Assembly: GCA_964535675.1 (NCBI GenBank) | Contig: CAZHTD010000010.1 | Span: 2,100 to 66,099 of the forward strand | Source of the DNA: an uncultured Bifidobacteriaceae bacterium | Lineage (GTDB): Bacteria; Acidobacteriota; Vicinamibacteria; Vicinamibacterales; UBA2999 | DNA: 64,000 nucleotides | Reading direction: 5' to 3' | Shown here: piece after piece, positions 29,978-39,207 of the stretch | Layout of the letters: every line of letters starts with the position of its first letter | How positions within the stretch are numbered: position 1 is the first letter of the stretch | Program-made: the position numbers and the translations under genes | The notes under the pieces: generated by a model | Databases searched by the model: none | What the model saw: only the letters and a program-made list of their open reading frames with translations | Told to the model about the DNA's origin: nothing

Positions 29978-31179
29978 CGCCTCGCCTCTACAACGCTCTG
30001 GACGTCCTTGTCGCCCCGCCCCGACAGGTTCACGAGCACTAGGCCACTGGGGGGCAGCGTGCCGGCCAGTGTCGCGGCGTGCGCGACGGCATGCGACGAC
30101 TCGAGCGCCGGCAGGATGCTCTCGTATCGCGCGAGCAGGCGGAAGCCCTCGAGCGCCTCGTTGTCCGAGGCATGCACGTACTCGGTCCGGCGCTGCTCAC
30201 GGAGCCACGCGTGCTCGGGCCCGACGGCCGCGTAGTCGAGGCCGGCCGAGATCGAGTGTGTCGGCTCGATGTTGCCGGCCGCATCCTGCAGCACGAACGT
30301 CCGCGTTCCCTGCAGCACGCCGGTGCTGCCGCCCGCGAATCGTGCGGCGTGGTGGCCCGCCACGATGGCATCGCCGCCCGCCTCCACGCCGACTAGCCTT
30401 ACCGACGGATCGTGGATGAACGCGTCGAAAATTCCAATTGCGTTGGAGCCGCCACCTACGCAGGCCACCACCACATCCGGCAGGCGGCCCGTCCGTTCGA
30501 GCACCTGCCGCCGCGCCTCCTGCCCGATGATCGACTGGAACTCCCGCACCATCAGCGGGTACGGGTGAGGCCCCAGTACCGACCCCAGCAGATAGTAGGT
30601 GTCCGACACGTTGGCTACCCAGTCGCGCATGGCCTCGTTGATCGCGTCCTTCAGCGTCCGGCTCCCGGCGTCGACCGGCCGCACGCTCGCCCCCAACAAC
30701 TCCATGCGCACGACGTTGAGTGCCTGCCGCCGCATATCCTCGGTGCCCATGTAGACATCACACTCGAGTCCAAGCCGCGCGCAGGCGGTGGCCGTCGCCA
30801 CCCCGTGCTGGCCGGCGCCCGTCTCGGCCACGACACGGCGCTTCCCCATCCGCCGGGCGAGCAGTGCCTGTCCCAGCGCGTTGTTGATCTTGTGCGCGCC
30901 GGTGTGACAGAGGTCCTCGCGCTTGAGCAGGAGGCGGGCGCCACCGGCGTGGGCCGCCAGCCGCTCGGCCTCGTAGAGCGGCGTGGGCCGCCCGACGTAG
31001 TGCCGCAGGAGCCGGCACAATTCCTCCAGGAATCCGGCGTCCTCGCGTGCCGCCAAATAGCCCTCGGTCAGCTCCTCGATGGGCGCCACGAGCGTCTCGG
31101 GTACATAACGCCCGCCGTACGGGCCGAAGTAGCCGCGTTCGTCCGGATCACGCCGCCCGAACGCGTGCTGGTCCACCAT
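29974..31179 (-). CDS. trpB: Tryptophan synthase beta chain
   Basis: Contains [22 protein letters not shown] (PLP lysine) and [11 protein letters not shown] 31179 shares one nucleotide with the trpF TGA (TGATG). The ORF track extends 20 codons further upstream. Confidence 0.96.
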   Translation of the reverse strand: MVDQHAFGRRDPDERGYFGPYGGRYVPETLVAPIEELTEGYLAAREDAGFLEELCRLLRHYVGRPTPLYEAERLAAHAGGARLLLKREDLCHTGAHKINNALGQALLARRMGKRRVVAETGAGQHGVATATACARLGLECDVYMGTEDMRRQALNVVRMELLGASVRPVDAGSRTLKDAINEAMRDWVANVSDTYYLLGSVLGPHPYPLMVREFQSIIGQEARRQVLERTGRLPDVVVACVGGGSNAIGIFDAFIHDPSVRLVGVEAGGDAIVAGHHAARFAGGSTGVLQGTRTFVLQDAAGNIEPTHSISAGLDYAAVGPEHAWLREQRRTEYVHASDNEALEGFRLLARYESILPALESSHAVAHAATLAGTLPPSGLVLVNLSGRGDKDVQSVVEARR

Positions 31180-31805
31180 CACGTTGTTCCCGCCCCTTGA
31201 AACGCCCGGCGCGCTGCGTCCACGAAACGCGCCATCCAATCCTGATCCTTCCGCCCCGGCGAGGCCTCCACACCAGACGACACGTCAACGCCCCACGGCC
31301 GCACTCGCGCGATGGCTTTGGCCACGTTGTCGGGTGCCAAGCCGCCAGCCAGGATCATCCGGCCCGCGACGGCCAGTCGCGCCGCGCCCCCCCAGTCCAC
31401 CGTGACACCGGTGCCTCCGCGGCGTTCAGGGTCGTGCGCGTCGAGTAACAACACGGTTTCGGGCGGCCAGTACGCCCGCACTCGCCCCGCTGTCTGCAGC
31501 GTTGCCGAGCGGAAGATCGGCCAGGTCACCGCGCGCGCTGCAACCGCCGTCTCATCGCCGTGGAGCTGGACGGCGCCGAGGCCCACGGCCTCGGCCGTCT
31601 CGTTTACCTCCGCCATCGGCGCGTCCACGAACACGCCGACGGGCATGACTGACGAGGGCAGGGCCGCCACGATTTCGGCCGCCGCCGCGCGATCGACCGC
31701 CCTGGGGCTTCGGGGCCAGAACACAAGCCCGATCGCGGTAGCGCCGCACGCCGCCGCCGCCCGCGCGTCCTCGGGCCGCGTGATCCCGCAGATCTTGATC
31801 AACAT
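31179..31805 (-). CDS. trpF: Phosphoribosylanthranilate isomerase
   Basis: [14 protein letters not shown]...[10 protein letters not shown]...QLHGDE. ATG 31805 overlaps the trpC stop. Confidence 0.9.
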   Translation of the reverse strand: MLIKICGITRPEDARAAAACGATAIGLVFWPRSPRAVDRAAAAEIVAALPSSVMPVGVFVDAPMAEVNETAEAVGLGAVQLHGDETAVAARAVTWPIFRSATLQTAGRVRAYWPPETVLLLDAHDPERRGGTGVTVDWGGAARLAVAGRMILAGGLAPDNVAKAIARVRPWGVDVSSGVEASPGRKDQDWMARFVDAARRAFQGAGTT

Positions 31806-32611
31806 CAGGCCGGCACCCGCGCGCAAACCAGCGAGGCAACGGCTGCCGCCGGATCGGGTGCCGTCATACACCGCTCGCCGATTAGGAACGCCTGATAGCC
31901 GGCTGCGGCGAGCCGTTCGAGCTCCTCGACCGAACCCAGCCCGCTCTCGCTCACGCTAACCACACCCGGCGGCAGCCGCGCCGCCAGTCGGAACGAGGCG
32001 TCGACGTCAACCGCCAGCGTCCGCAGATTCCGGTTATTGACGCCTACGATGCGTCCATCCGTCTCGATCGCGCGGGCCAGATCTTCCTCGTCGTGGACCT
32101 CCACCAGCGTCGCCAACCCCAGCTCCCGCGCCCGCACGCCCAGCGCCTTGAGCTCGGCCTTCCCCAGCGCCGCGACAATCAGCAGGACGGCGTCGGCCCC
32201 GGCCGCGCGTGCCTCGAGCAGCTGGTACGGGTCCACCACGAAGTCCTTGCGGAGCAACGGCACGCCCACCTGCGCGCGAACGGCTTCGAGGTGTGCTAGG
32301 GCGCCGTCGAAGAACGTCGGCTCGGTCAGCACCGAGATGGCCACTGCGCCGCCGCGCACGTACTGCGCGGCAATCCCGGCCGGGTCGTACTCGTCGAGCA
32401 GCACCCCGCGCGACGGCGAGCGCCGCTTACACTCTGCGATCACGTTCACACGGCCTGGCATCCCGAGCGCCTGTTCAAACGCCTCCCCGCGCGGGCTCTT
32501 CATCGCAGCTCGCCGTTCGAGCACCGCGTCGGGCTCGCGGGCACGCCGCTCCTTCACGATGGTCCGCGTCGCAGCCACGATCGCCCGCAGCAGGTCGGGG
32601 GCCGTGCTCAC
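31805..32611 (-). CDS. trpC: Indole-3-glycerol-phosphate synthase
   Basis: 268 aa counted from GTG 32611, which overlaps the trpD TGA as GTGA. Contains VIAECKRRSPSRG, LRKDF, EVH and GVNNRNL motifs. The 530 aa track ORF is an artefactual upstream extension across trpD. Confidence 0.93.
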   Translation of the reverse strand: MSTAPDLLRAIVAATRTIVKERRAREPDAVLERRAAMKSPRGEAFEQALGMPGRVNVIAECKRRSPSRGVLLDEYDPAGIAAQYVRGGAVAISVLTEPTFFDGALAHLEAVRAQVGVPLLRKDFVVDPYQLLEARAAGADAVLLIVAALGKAELKALGVRARELGLATLVEVHDEEDLARAIETDGRIVGVNNRNLRTLAVDVDASFRLAARLPPGVVSVSESGLGSVEELERLAAAGYQAFLIGERCMTAPDPAAAVASLVCARVPA

Positions 32612-33627
32612 GCCACTCCTCCCGCCACCGAGCAGACCGCCATCTTGTCGAGCGTGGCCATCGCACGCCCGGCATCGATGGCCACGGCTGCCTGCGCGAT
32701 CCCGTCGCGCACGCTGTCGGCCTTCCCCGCGACAAGCAGCGCCGCGCCCGCGTTGAGCAGCACCACGTCCCGTGCCGCGCCCTTCTCGCCGCCCAGCACG
32801 GCACGGACGATCGAAGCGTTCGTCTTCGCGTCGCCGCCACGCAGATCGTCGATGGTCGCCGCCGGTAGGCCGACATCGGACGGGTGCAGGTGGAACGTGT
32901 GCACCGCGCCGTCGCGGCACTCTGACACCTTGCTGAAGCCGGTCGTTGACAGCTCGTCGAGCCCGTCGGCCCCATGCACGACCCAAGCGCGCTTGGAGCC
33001 GAGCTGCAGCAGCGCGCGCGCCAGCAGCTGGGTCAGCTCCGGCTGCGGCACGCCGACCACCTGGCGCGTGGCCCCGACCGGATTGGTGAGGGGCCCCAGC
33101 AAGTTGAACACTGTCCGGATGCCCAACTCCTTCCGGATTGGCCCTGCGTGCCGCATCGACGGGTGGAACGTCGACGCGAAGAGGAAGGCGATGCCGGCCT
33201 CCCGCAGGCAGCACTCCACCACTGCGGGTGCCGCGTCCACCTTCACGCCAAGTGCCTCGAACACGTCGGCGCTCCCGCAGCGGCTCGACACCGAACGATT
33301 GCCGTGCTTGGCCACCGTCACACCGCAGGCCGCCACCACCACTGCGGCGGCCGACGAGATGTTGAACGTGCCCGACCGGTCGCCGCCTGTGCCGCACGTG
33401 TCAACAACGTCCCCCTCGGACGTTAGTCGGACGGCGTGCGCACGCATGGTTCGCGCGAAGCCCACGATCTCGGCCGGGCGCTCGCCCTTGGCGGCGAGCG
33501 CCGCCAGCAGGCCGGCCAGCTGCGCGGGTGCGGCCCGCCCCGCCATGACCTCGGTCATGGCGGCAGCCGCCTCGTCCTCGGTCAGGTCGCGGCGGCGCAC
33601 GAGCTTGTCGATGAAGGGCGTCAGCAT
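32608..33627 (-). CDS. trpD: Anthranilate phosphoribosyltransferase
   Basis: 339 aa. Contains DTCGTGGDRSGTFNIS and KHGNRSVSS motifs. Confidence 0.95.
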   Translation of the reverse strand: MLTPFIDKLVRRRDLTEDEAAAAMTEVMAGRAAPAQLAGLLAALAAKGERPAEIVGFARTMRAHAVRLTSEGDVVDTCGTGGDRSGTFNISSAAAVVVAACGVTVAKHGNRSVSSRCGSADVFEALGVKVDAAPAVVECCLREAGIAFLFASTFHPSMRHAGPIRKELGIRTVFNLLGPLTNPVGATRQVVGVPQPELTQLLARALLQLGSKRAWVVHGADGLDELSTTGFSKVSECRDGAVHTFHLHPSDVGLPAATIDDLRGGDAKTNASIVRAVLGGEKGAARDVVLLNAGAALLVAGKADSVRDGIAQAAVAIDAGRAMATLDKMAVCSVAGGVA

Positions 33628-33630
33628 GCG

Positions 33631-34191
<561 letters not shown>

Positions 34192-34194
34192 GAC

Positions 34195-35661
34195 CTACCC
34201 TGCCAACCCCTGCTGGGCCAGCTCCAGCGCGGTCAGCACGGCGCGGGCCTTCGCCCGCGTCTCCTCGTACTCGGTGGCAGGCACCGAGTCTGCCACGATG
34301 CCCGCGCCGGTCTGCACGAACGCCCGCCCGCCCTCGATCACGACTGTCCGGATCGCGATGCAGAAGTCCAAGTTCCCCGCAACGTCCAGGTACCCGACTG
34401 CGCCCGCGTACACCCAGCGGCGCCGATTCTCGAGATCAGCAATGATCTCCATTGCGCGGATCTTCGGCGCTCCCGACACCGTGCCCGCCGGGAAGCACGC
34501 CGTGAGTGCGTCCAGCCGGTCGCGGCCCTCGGCCAGCGTCCCCTCCACAATCGACACCAAGTGCATTACGTGCGAGTAGCGCTCGATCTCCATATAGGTC
34601 GACACCTGCACACTGCCGTACGACGAGACGCGCCCCACGTCATTCCGTCCGAGGTCGACGAGCATCACGTGCTCGGATCGCTCCTTCACATCAGTTGACA
34701 GCTCCTCGGCCAGCCGCTGGTCCTCCTCGTCGGTGGCCCCGCGTGGCCGCGTGCCGGCAATCGGGTGGGTTTCCACTTGGGTGCCCTCCACGCGAACCAG
34801 CATCTCGGGTGATGCGCCAACGATCGCCCGCTCGCCCATCCGCAGGAAGAACATGTACGGCGCCGGGCTCACGTAACGGAGCGCACGGTACGCCGTGAAG
34901 GCATCGACTGAAAACGGCGTCTCGAAGCGCTGTGACAGCACCACCTGGAAAATGTCGCCAGCTGCAATGTGCGCCTTCGCCCTGTGGACCATCTCCTCGT
35001 AGCGCTCGCGTGTCACGTTCGAGGTCACCTCAAGCGGACCCGCCTTGGGTGGCTCCGGCATGGAGAGCGCCCGCTCGAGTTCGCGCTCAAGGAACGTGAT
35101 CTTGGTGCATACGAACCGGTACAGCGTCTCCAAGTCCTTATCGGGCGTGATGCGCGCGTTAGCGATGATCAGGATCCGGTGGCGCACGTGGTCGAACGCG
35201 AGCACCGTATCGCAAAGCATGAAGCCCGCATCGTCCTCGTCTGACGCCCCAGGCGGCATGGTGACCGGCTCAAACCAAGCGGCGGCGTCATAGCCCAGGT
35301 AGCCTACAGCGCCGCCCGTGAACCGCGGCAACCCGGGCACATGCGACGCACGGAACTCGGCCATGGTGCGTCGGAGCACCTCGACGAACGGCTCGTCGGT
35401 CTCCTGGCACTCGCCGCTGCGGTCGGCGATGGTCCGCCCCCGGCGGGAGCGCAGCACCAAGAACGGATCCTTCCCCAGGAACGAGTACCGTGCCATCCGC
35501 TCGCCGCCCTCGACCGACTCGAACAGGAAAGCGTGGTCGGAGTGCTCGGCAATCTTCATGAAGGCCGAGACCGGCGTCAGGAGGTCGGCGATGATCTCTT
35601 TGTACACGGGCACAAACGTGCCCCGGGCGGCCAGCTCCTGGAACTCCTCGAAGCTGGTCAT
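34195..35661 (-). CDS. trpE: Anthranilate synthase component I
   Basis: Chorismate-binding domain (GAPKIRAMEII, GAVGY, LESVEGG-like FESVEGG). ATG 35661 abuts the aroD/E stop. The track start at 35727 lies inside the upstream gene. Confidence 0.95.
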   Translation of the reverse strand: MTSFEEFQELAARGTFVPVYKEIIADLLTPVSAFMKIAEHSDHAFLFESVEGGERMARYSFLGKDPFLVLRSRRGRTIADRSGECQETDEPFVEVLRRTMAEFRASHVPGLPRFTGGAVGYLGYDAAAWFEPVTMPPGASDEDDAGFMLCDTVLAFDHVRHRILIIANARITPDKDLETLYRFVCTKITFLERELERALSMPEPPKAGPLEVTSNVTRERYEEMVHRAKAHIAAGDIFQVVLSQRFETPFSVDAFTAYRALRYVSPAPYMFFLRMGERAIVGASPEMLVRVEGTQVETHPIAGTRPRGATDEEDQRLAEELSTDVKERSEHVMLVDLGRNDVGRVSSYGSVQVSTYMEIERYSHVMHLVSIVEGTLAEGRDRLDALTACFPAGTVSGAPKIRAMEIIADLENRRRWVYAGAVGYLDVAGNLDFCIAIRTVVIEGGRAFVQTGAGIVADSVPATEYEETRAKARAVLTALELAQQGLAG

Positions 35662-37088
35662 GCTGCCAACCTCCGCTCGGCTGCTGCGGCCATCACCCCG
35701 GGGGGGGGCGGCCGGCCGTGCCACCACGCGAACTGGCGCTCGGCCTGTGCCACTAGCATCGGCAATCCACCCAGCACCCGGCAGCCCGCCGCCGCGGCCT
35801 CCTTGAGCAAGGGGGAAGGTCGGCGGCCGTAGGTCAGGTCGTAAACGAGCCGGCCGTCAAAGGGCCCACCCGGTAGCGGCGATTTCTCCGCGTCGGCGGC
35901 TCCGCCGAGCGGTGTAGTGTTGACGAGCAGATCCCACGAGCCGGCCGGCGGTGGCCACACTCTCGCCGCCACGCCGAAGGCGTCGGCCAGGGCACGGGCC
36001 GCGTCCATCCCCCGGGCGTGGACGGCCACCCTCGCCCCCGCCTCGCGTAGCGCGTAGACAACTGCACGCGCCGCGCCGCCCGCACCGAGCACCGACGCCC
36101 TAACACCAGCCAGCTCCGCCTCGAAGGCGACTTCCAGCGGTTCGAGGAACCCGTCAGCGTCGGTGTTGGTAGCAGACCATCCGCTGACGTCACGCTTGAG
36201 CGTATTGGAGGCCCCGATCGTCGTGGCCCGCCTGTCGGCCTCGGCGGCGGCTCGCAGTGCGTCGACCTTGAAGGGGATCGTCACGCTCGCGCCAGCGAGG
36301 CCAATGGCACTGGCGAACACCTGGAAGTCGTCGAAGTCGGCCGCCGGCAGGGGGACGTACACCGCCTCGGTGCCTGCGGCCGCCAGTGCTGCGTTGTGCA
36401 TGGCGGGCGACAGCGAGTGCGTCACGTTGTTGCCGACCACGCCGTACACGGTGCTGTCCCGTGCGTCGTGGAACCGAAACTCCCCGAGCATGCGCGCGGC
36501 CGGAACCTGTCCCAGCATTACGCCGTCACCCGCATACGTCCAGCACGACCCGTACCAGCGGGCCAGAAGCCGTGTCGGCAGCCCGGTCACGCCCAGCCCG
36601 ATCACCACGGCCGCACCCGCGCGCCCGATCTCGCGCAGCGCGAGGGTGTCGGCCAGTCGAGACGGCGTCACCGCCACCTTGATCAATCCGGCGCCGGTCT
36701 GGCGCATCGCCCGCGCCAGAGCATCCAGATCCGTCGGCACGGCGTCAAAGTCGTGAAGTGAGACGACGACGCACGCCGCGCCGGCGCGCACTAGTTCGTC
36801 GAAGCCCGCCCGGAACTCCACGTCCACCCACTCAGCACCGCCCTCCAGCGCGGCTCGGAGCAGCGTCCGCCGCTCCTCCTCGCTGCCGTCGAACCCACCG
36901 CCCTCCCAGCGCGCCCGGCACGTCACGATCACTGGACGCCGACGACCGGCGAGCGCTCCGGCGACGTCGGGGCGGTCTACCAAGTCGAGGCGTAACTCGA
37001 CCAAGTCAGCGCACGAGCGGTCGCGCGCCGCGATCAGGTCGGCCATCGTGGGCCCCGTTACGGTCTCGCACAGCAGCGTGTCGGTCAT
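35658..37088 (-). CDS. Bifunctional type I 3-dehydroquinate dehydratase / shikimate 5-dehydrogenase
   Basis: 476 aa counted from ATG 37088. The N-terminal half carries type I DHQase residues (VSLHDF His, LIKVAV Schiff-base Lys). The C-terminal half is AroE (GVVGNNVTHSLSPAMHN, SVTIPFK, NTD, GAGGAARA). It is one uninterrupted frame. Confidence 0.9.
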   Translation of the reverse strand: MTDTLLCETVTGPTMADLIAARDRSCADLVELRLDLVDRPDVAGALAGRRRPVIVTCRARWEGGGFDGSEEERRTLLRAALEGGAEWVDVEFRAGFDELVRAGAACVVVSLHDFDAVPTDLDALARAMRQTGAGLIKVAVTPSRLADTLALREIGRAGAAVVIGLGVTGLPTRLLARWYGSCWTYAGDGVMLGQVPAARMLGEFRFHDARDSTVYGVVGNNVTHSLSPAMHNAALAAAGTEAVYVPLPAADFDDFQVFASAIGLAGASVTIPFKVDALRAAAEADRRATTIGASNTLKRDVSGWSATNTDADGFLEPLEVAFEAELAGVRASVLGAGGAARAVVYALREAGARVAVHARGMDAARALADAFGVAARVWPPPAGSWDLLVNTTPLGGAADAEKSPLPGGPFDGRLVYDLTYGRRPSPLLKEAAAAGCRVLGGLPMLVAQAERQFAWWHGRPPPPGVMAAAAERRLAA

Positions 37089-37096
37089 CACGGCAC

Positions 37097-37129
37097 AAAA
37101 AAAGCCCCCGCAGCCAGCAGCTGGGGGGC
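37097..37129 (-). terminator. Intrinsic terminator acting as the attenuator of the aromatic operon
   Basis: On the minus strand: GCCCCCCAGC-TGCTG-GCTG(C)GGGGGC followed by TTTTTTT. That is a 10 bp G/C-rich stem with one bulge, a 5 nt loop and a T7 tract. It lies 8 nt before the aroD/E ATG and 36 nt after the leader stop codon. Confidence 0.75.
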
Positions 37130-37165
37130 TCGAACTCTTCGTCTCGATCGGCGCGCGTCGCCTGG

Positions 37166-37249
37166 CTACCCCCCGTGTGCCACAGACCGGTACCACCACC
37201 AGGAACTGGTGTGGGTCGGCTGCGGAACGAGGATAAACAAGAACGGCAT
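37166..37249 (-). CDS. trpL: Trp-rich leader peptide (27 codons): MPFLFILVPQPTHTSSWWWYRSVAHGG
   Basis: Found by hand; it is below the ORF-track size cut-off. ATG at 37249, three consecutive TGG codons at 37201-37193 followed by TAC, and TAG at 37168-37166. It sits between a promoter-like element and the terminator. Confidence 0.7.
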   Translation of the reverse strand: MPFLFILVPQPTHTSSWWWYRSVAHGG

Positions 37250-37262
37250 CGACTCAAGTTGG

Positions 37263-37292
37263 ATGCTAGCGGACGGGGAGGGCTCCTGTCAA
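37263..37292 (-). promoter_or_regulatory. Sigma70-like promoter candidate for the leader and aromatic operon (TTGACA-18 nt-TAGCAT)
   Basis: On the minus strand: TTGACA (37292-37287), an 18 nt spacer, then TAGCAT (37268-37263). The predicted transcription start would leave only about 10 nt before the leader ATG, so this is tentative. Confidence 0.4.
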
Positions 37293-37360
37293 TTCCGAGG
37301 GGCCGCTCGGCTTGCGGAATCAGTAATTTACACGTACTCTTCAACGACGATCCACTGCCC

Positions 37361-39193
37361 ATGAAACGTTTCCTGCTTGCGGCCTGCACGGTGCTGGCAC
37401 TGGCCGCCCTCACCGGCGTGTCCGCCCAGTCAGAGACCTTCCCGGTCGATGAGCTGAGCCCCGGCATGGTCGGCACGGGCCGGACGGTGTTCGCGGGCGA
37501 CCACCTCGAGGAGTTTGAGGTCCATATCCTCGGCGTCATGCGAAGCGTCATCGGCACGCGTCGTGACCTCGTTCTGGCCAGGCTCGAAGGCGGCCCACTC
37601 GCCGAGACCGGGGTGATCGCCGGTATGAGTGGAAGCCCCGTGTACATCGACGGCCGGTTGCTCGGTGCTGTCTCCTACTCGCTGGGCAACTTCGCTACCG
37701 AGCCGATTGCCGGCATCACACCGATCGGTGAGATGCGCGACGCCGCCGCGCTGACCAGCGCGCGCCTGCGCGCCACGCAGGTAGATCTCGATCTGCCGAT
37801 CACGCCCGCGGGCCTCGAGACCTCACTGCGCCAGGCCTTCTCGTGGCTCAAGCCGTTTGCCGCCAGCCCGGCTGACGTGCGCGTGCTCGGGGACACGGCG
37901 CTGCCTGCAACAATGGCCACGCGGCTGCGCCCCATCGCCACGCCGATCACCATCGGCGGTTTCGACGCATTGACGATTGATCAGTTGCTCCCAGCGTTCC
38001 GGGCGCAGGGGCTGGTGCCAGCGATGGTGCTGGGCGCCGCGCAGGAGGCACCCGCCCCCGAGCAGCCGCTCCGGCCCGGGGACCCGGTGGGCGTCGCGCT
38101 GATGCGCGGTGACCTGGAGTTCGGTGCCACGGGCACGGTCACGACCGTGGACGACGACACCGTCTATGCCTTCGGCCACCCGTTCTACAACCTCGGCCCC
38201 ACCCGCTTCCCTATGACGCGGGCCTACGTGCACGGCGTGCTGCCGAGCCTGGCCTCCTCCTCTAAGCTGGCCAGCATGGGCGCGGTGATCGGCACTGTCT
38301 CACAGGACCGTTCGACGGCAATCGCGGGCACGCTGGGGCCGGGCCCGGAGATGATCCCGGTGACGCTCGCGCTGCACTCCGACCGTAGCGATGCCCGGAC
38401 CTTCGAGCTGGAGATCGTGCAGGACCAGCTGATGACACCGCTTCTAGCGTACCTGGCAGTGCTGAATACGCTCAGCTCGTACGAGCGTGCCAACGGCGTG
38501 GCCAGCTTCGAGATTCAGGGCACGGCCGATATTGCCGGTTACGGCCGGCTCACGTTCAACGATCTCTTCTCCGGCGACCAGTCATCGGTTGGCGCGGCGA
38601 CCGCCGTCATCGGGCCGATCAACATCCTGCTGCGCAATGCCTTCGAGGACGTGCGCATCGAGTCGCTCGACATCACCATCGATGCCAGCGAGGAGCCTCG
38701 GCAGGCCACGCTCGAGCGCGTCTGGGTCGACCGTGCGCGGCCGCGTCCCGGTGACACGATCACCCTCAACGCACTGCTGCGCACCTACCGCGGCACCGAG
38801 GTCGTCGAGTCGCTGCCGCTCGAGATCCCGGCCAGCGCCCGCGGCACGCTCTCATTGATGGTGGCCGACGGCACCGCACTGTCGTTGTGGGAAGCACGGG
38901 AGTTCCAGACCGCACCGCTACGGACGCGCAACCTGTCGCGCATGATCGCTGTCCTCAACGAATCCCGCCGCAACGACCGGCTCTATGTCCGTCTGCTCGG
39001 CAACGGGCTGGGTGCCATCGTCGAGGGCGAGGCGCTGACGTCGTTGCCGCCGTCGGTGCTGGCCGTGGTGGAAGCTGACCGCGAGGGTGCGGGCACCTCG
39101 ACGATCCGCATCGCGTCGCTCGGGGAATGGGCGATCCCCCTCGGCCAAGCCGTGACCGGCTCCCGCACGCTGAGCCTCATACTTGACGACTGA
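37361..39193 (+). CDS. Secreted SpoIVB-type (S55) serine peptidase domain protein
   Basis: 610 aa counted from ATG 37361, with a signal peptide (MKRFLLAACTVLALAALTGVSAQ). It has the GMSGSPVYIDGRLLGAVSY catalytic-serine motif of S55/SpoIVB-like proteases, followed by a long C-terminal region with no motif I recognise. The track ORF (36758) is an upstream artefact. Confidence 0.8.
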   Translation: MKRFLLAACTVLALAALTGVSAQSETFPVDELSPGMVGTGRTVFAGDHLEEFEVHILGVMRSVIGTRRDLVLARLEGGPLAETGVIAGMSGSPVYIDGRLLGAVSYSLGNFATEPIAGITPIGEMRDAAALTSARLRATQVDLDLPITPAGLETSLRQAFSWLKPFAASPADVRVLGDTALPATMATRLRPIATPITIGGFDALTIDQLLPAFRAQGLVPAMVLGAAQEAPAPEQPLRPGDPVGVALMRGDLEFGATGTVTTVDDDTVYAFGHPFYNLGPTRFPMTRAYVHGVLPSLASSSKLASMGAVIGTVSQDRSTAIAGTLGPGPEMIPVTLALHSDRSDARTFELEIVQDQLMTPLLAYLAVLNTLSSYERANGVASFEIQGTADIAGYGRLTFNDLFSGDQSSVGAATAVIGPINILLRNAFEDVRIESLDITIDASEEPRQATLERVWVDRARPRPGDTITLNALLRTYRGTEVVESLPLEIPASARGTLSLMVADGTALSLWEAREFQTAPLRTRNLSRMIAVLNESRRNDRLYVRLLGNGLGAIVEGEALTSLPPSVLAVVEADREGAGTSTIRIASLGEWAIPLGQAVTGSRTLSLILDD

Positions 39194-39207
39194 GCCACCG
39201 AGCCCAC

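Noticed and set aside
31805-33397. A 530 aa ORF suggesting a very long TrpC or a fusion protein.
   Set aside because: Only the last 268 codons look like TrpC. The upstream 262 codons are an out-of-frame read-through across trpD (Arg/Gly-rich nonsense). GTG 32611, overlapping the trpD stop, is the sensible start.
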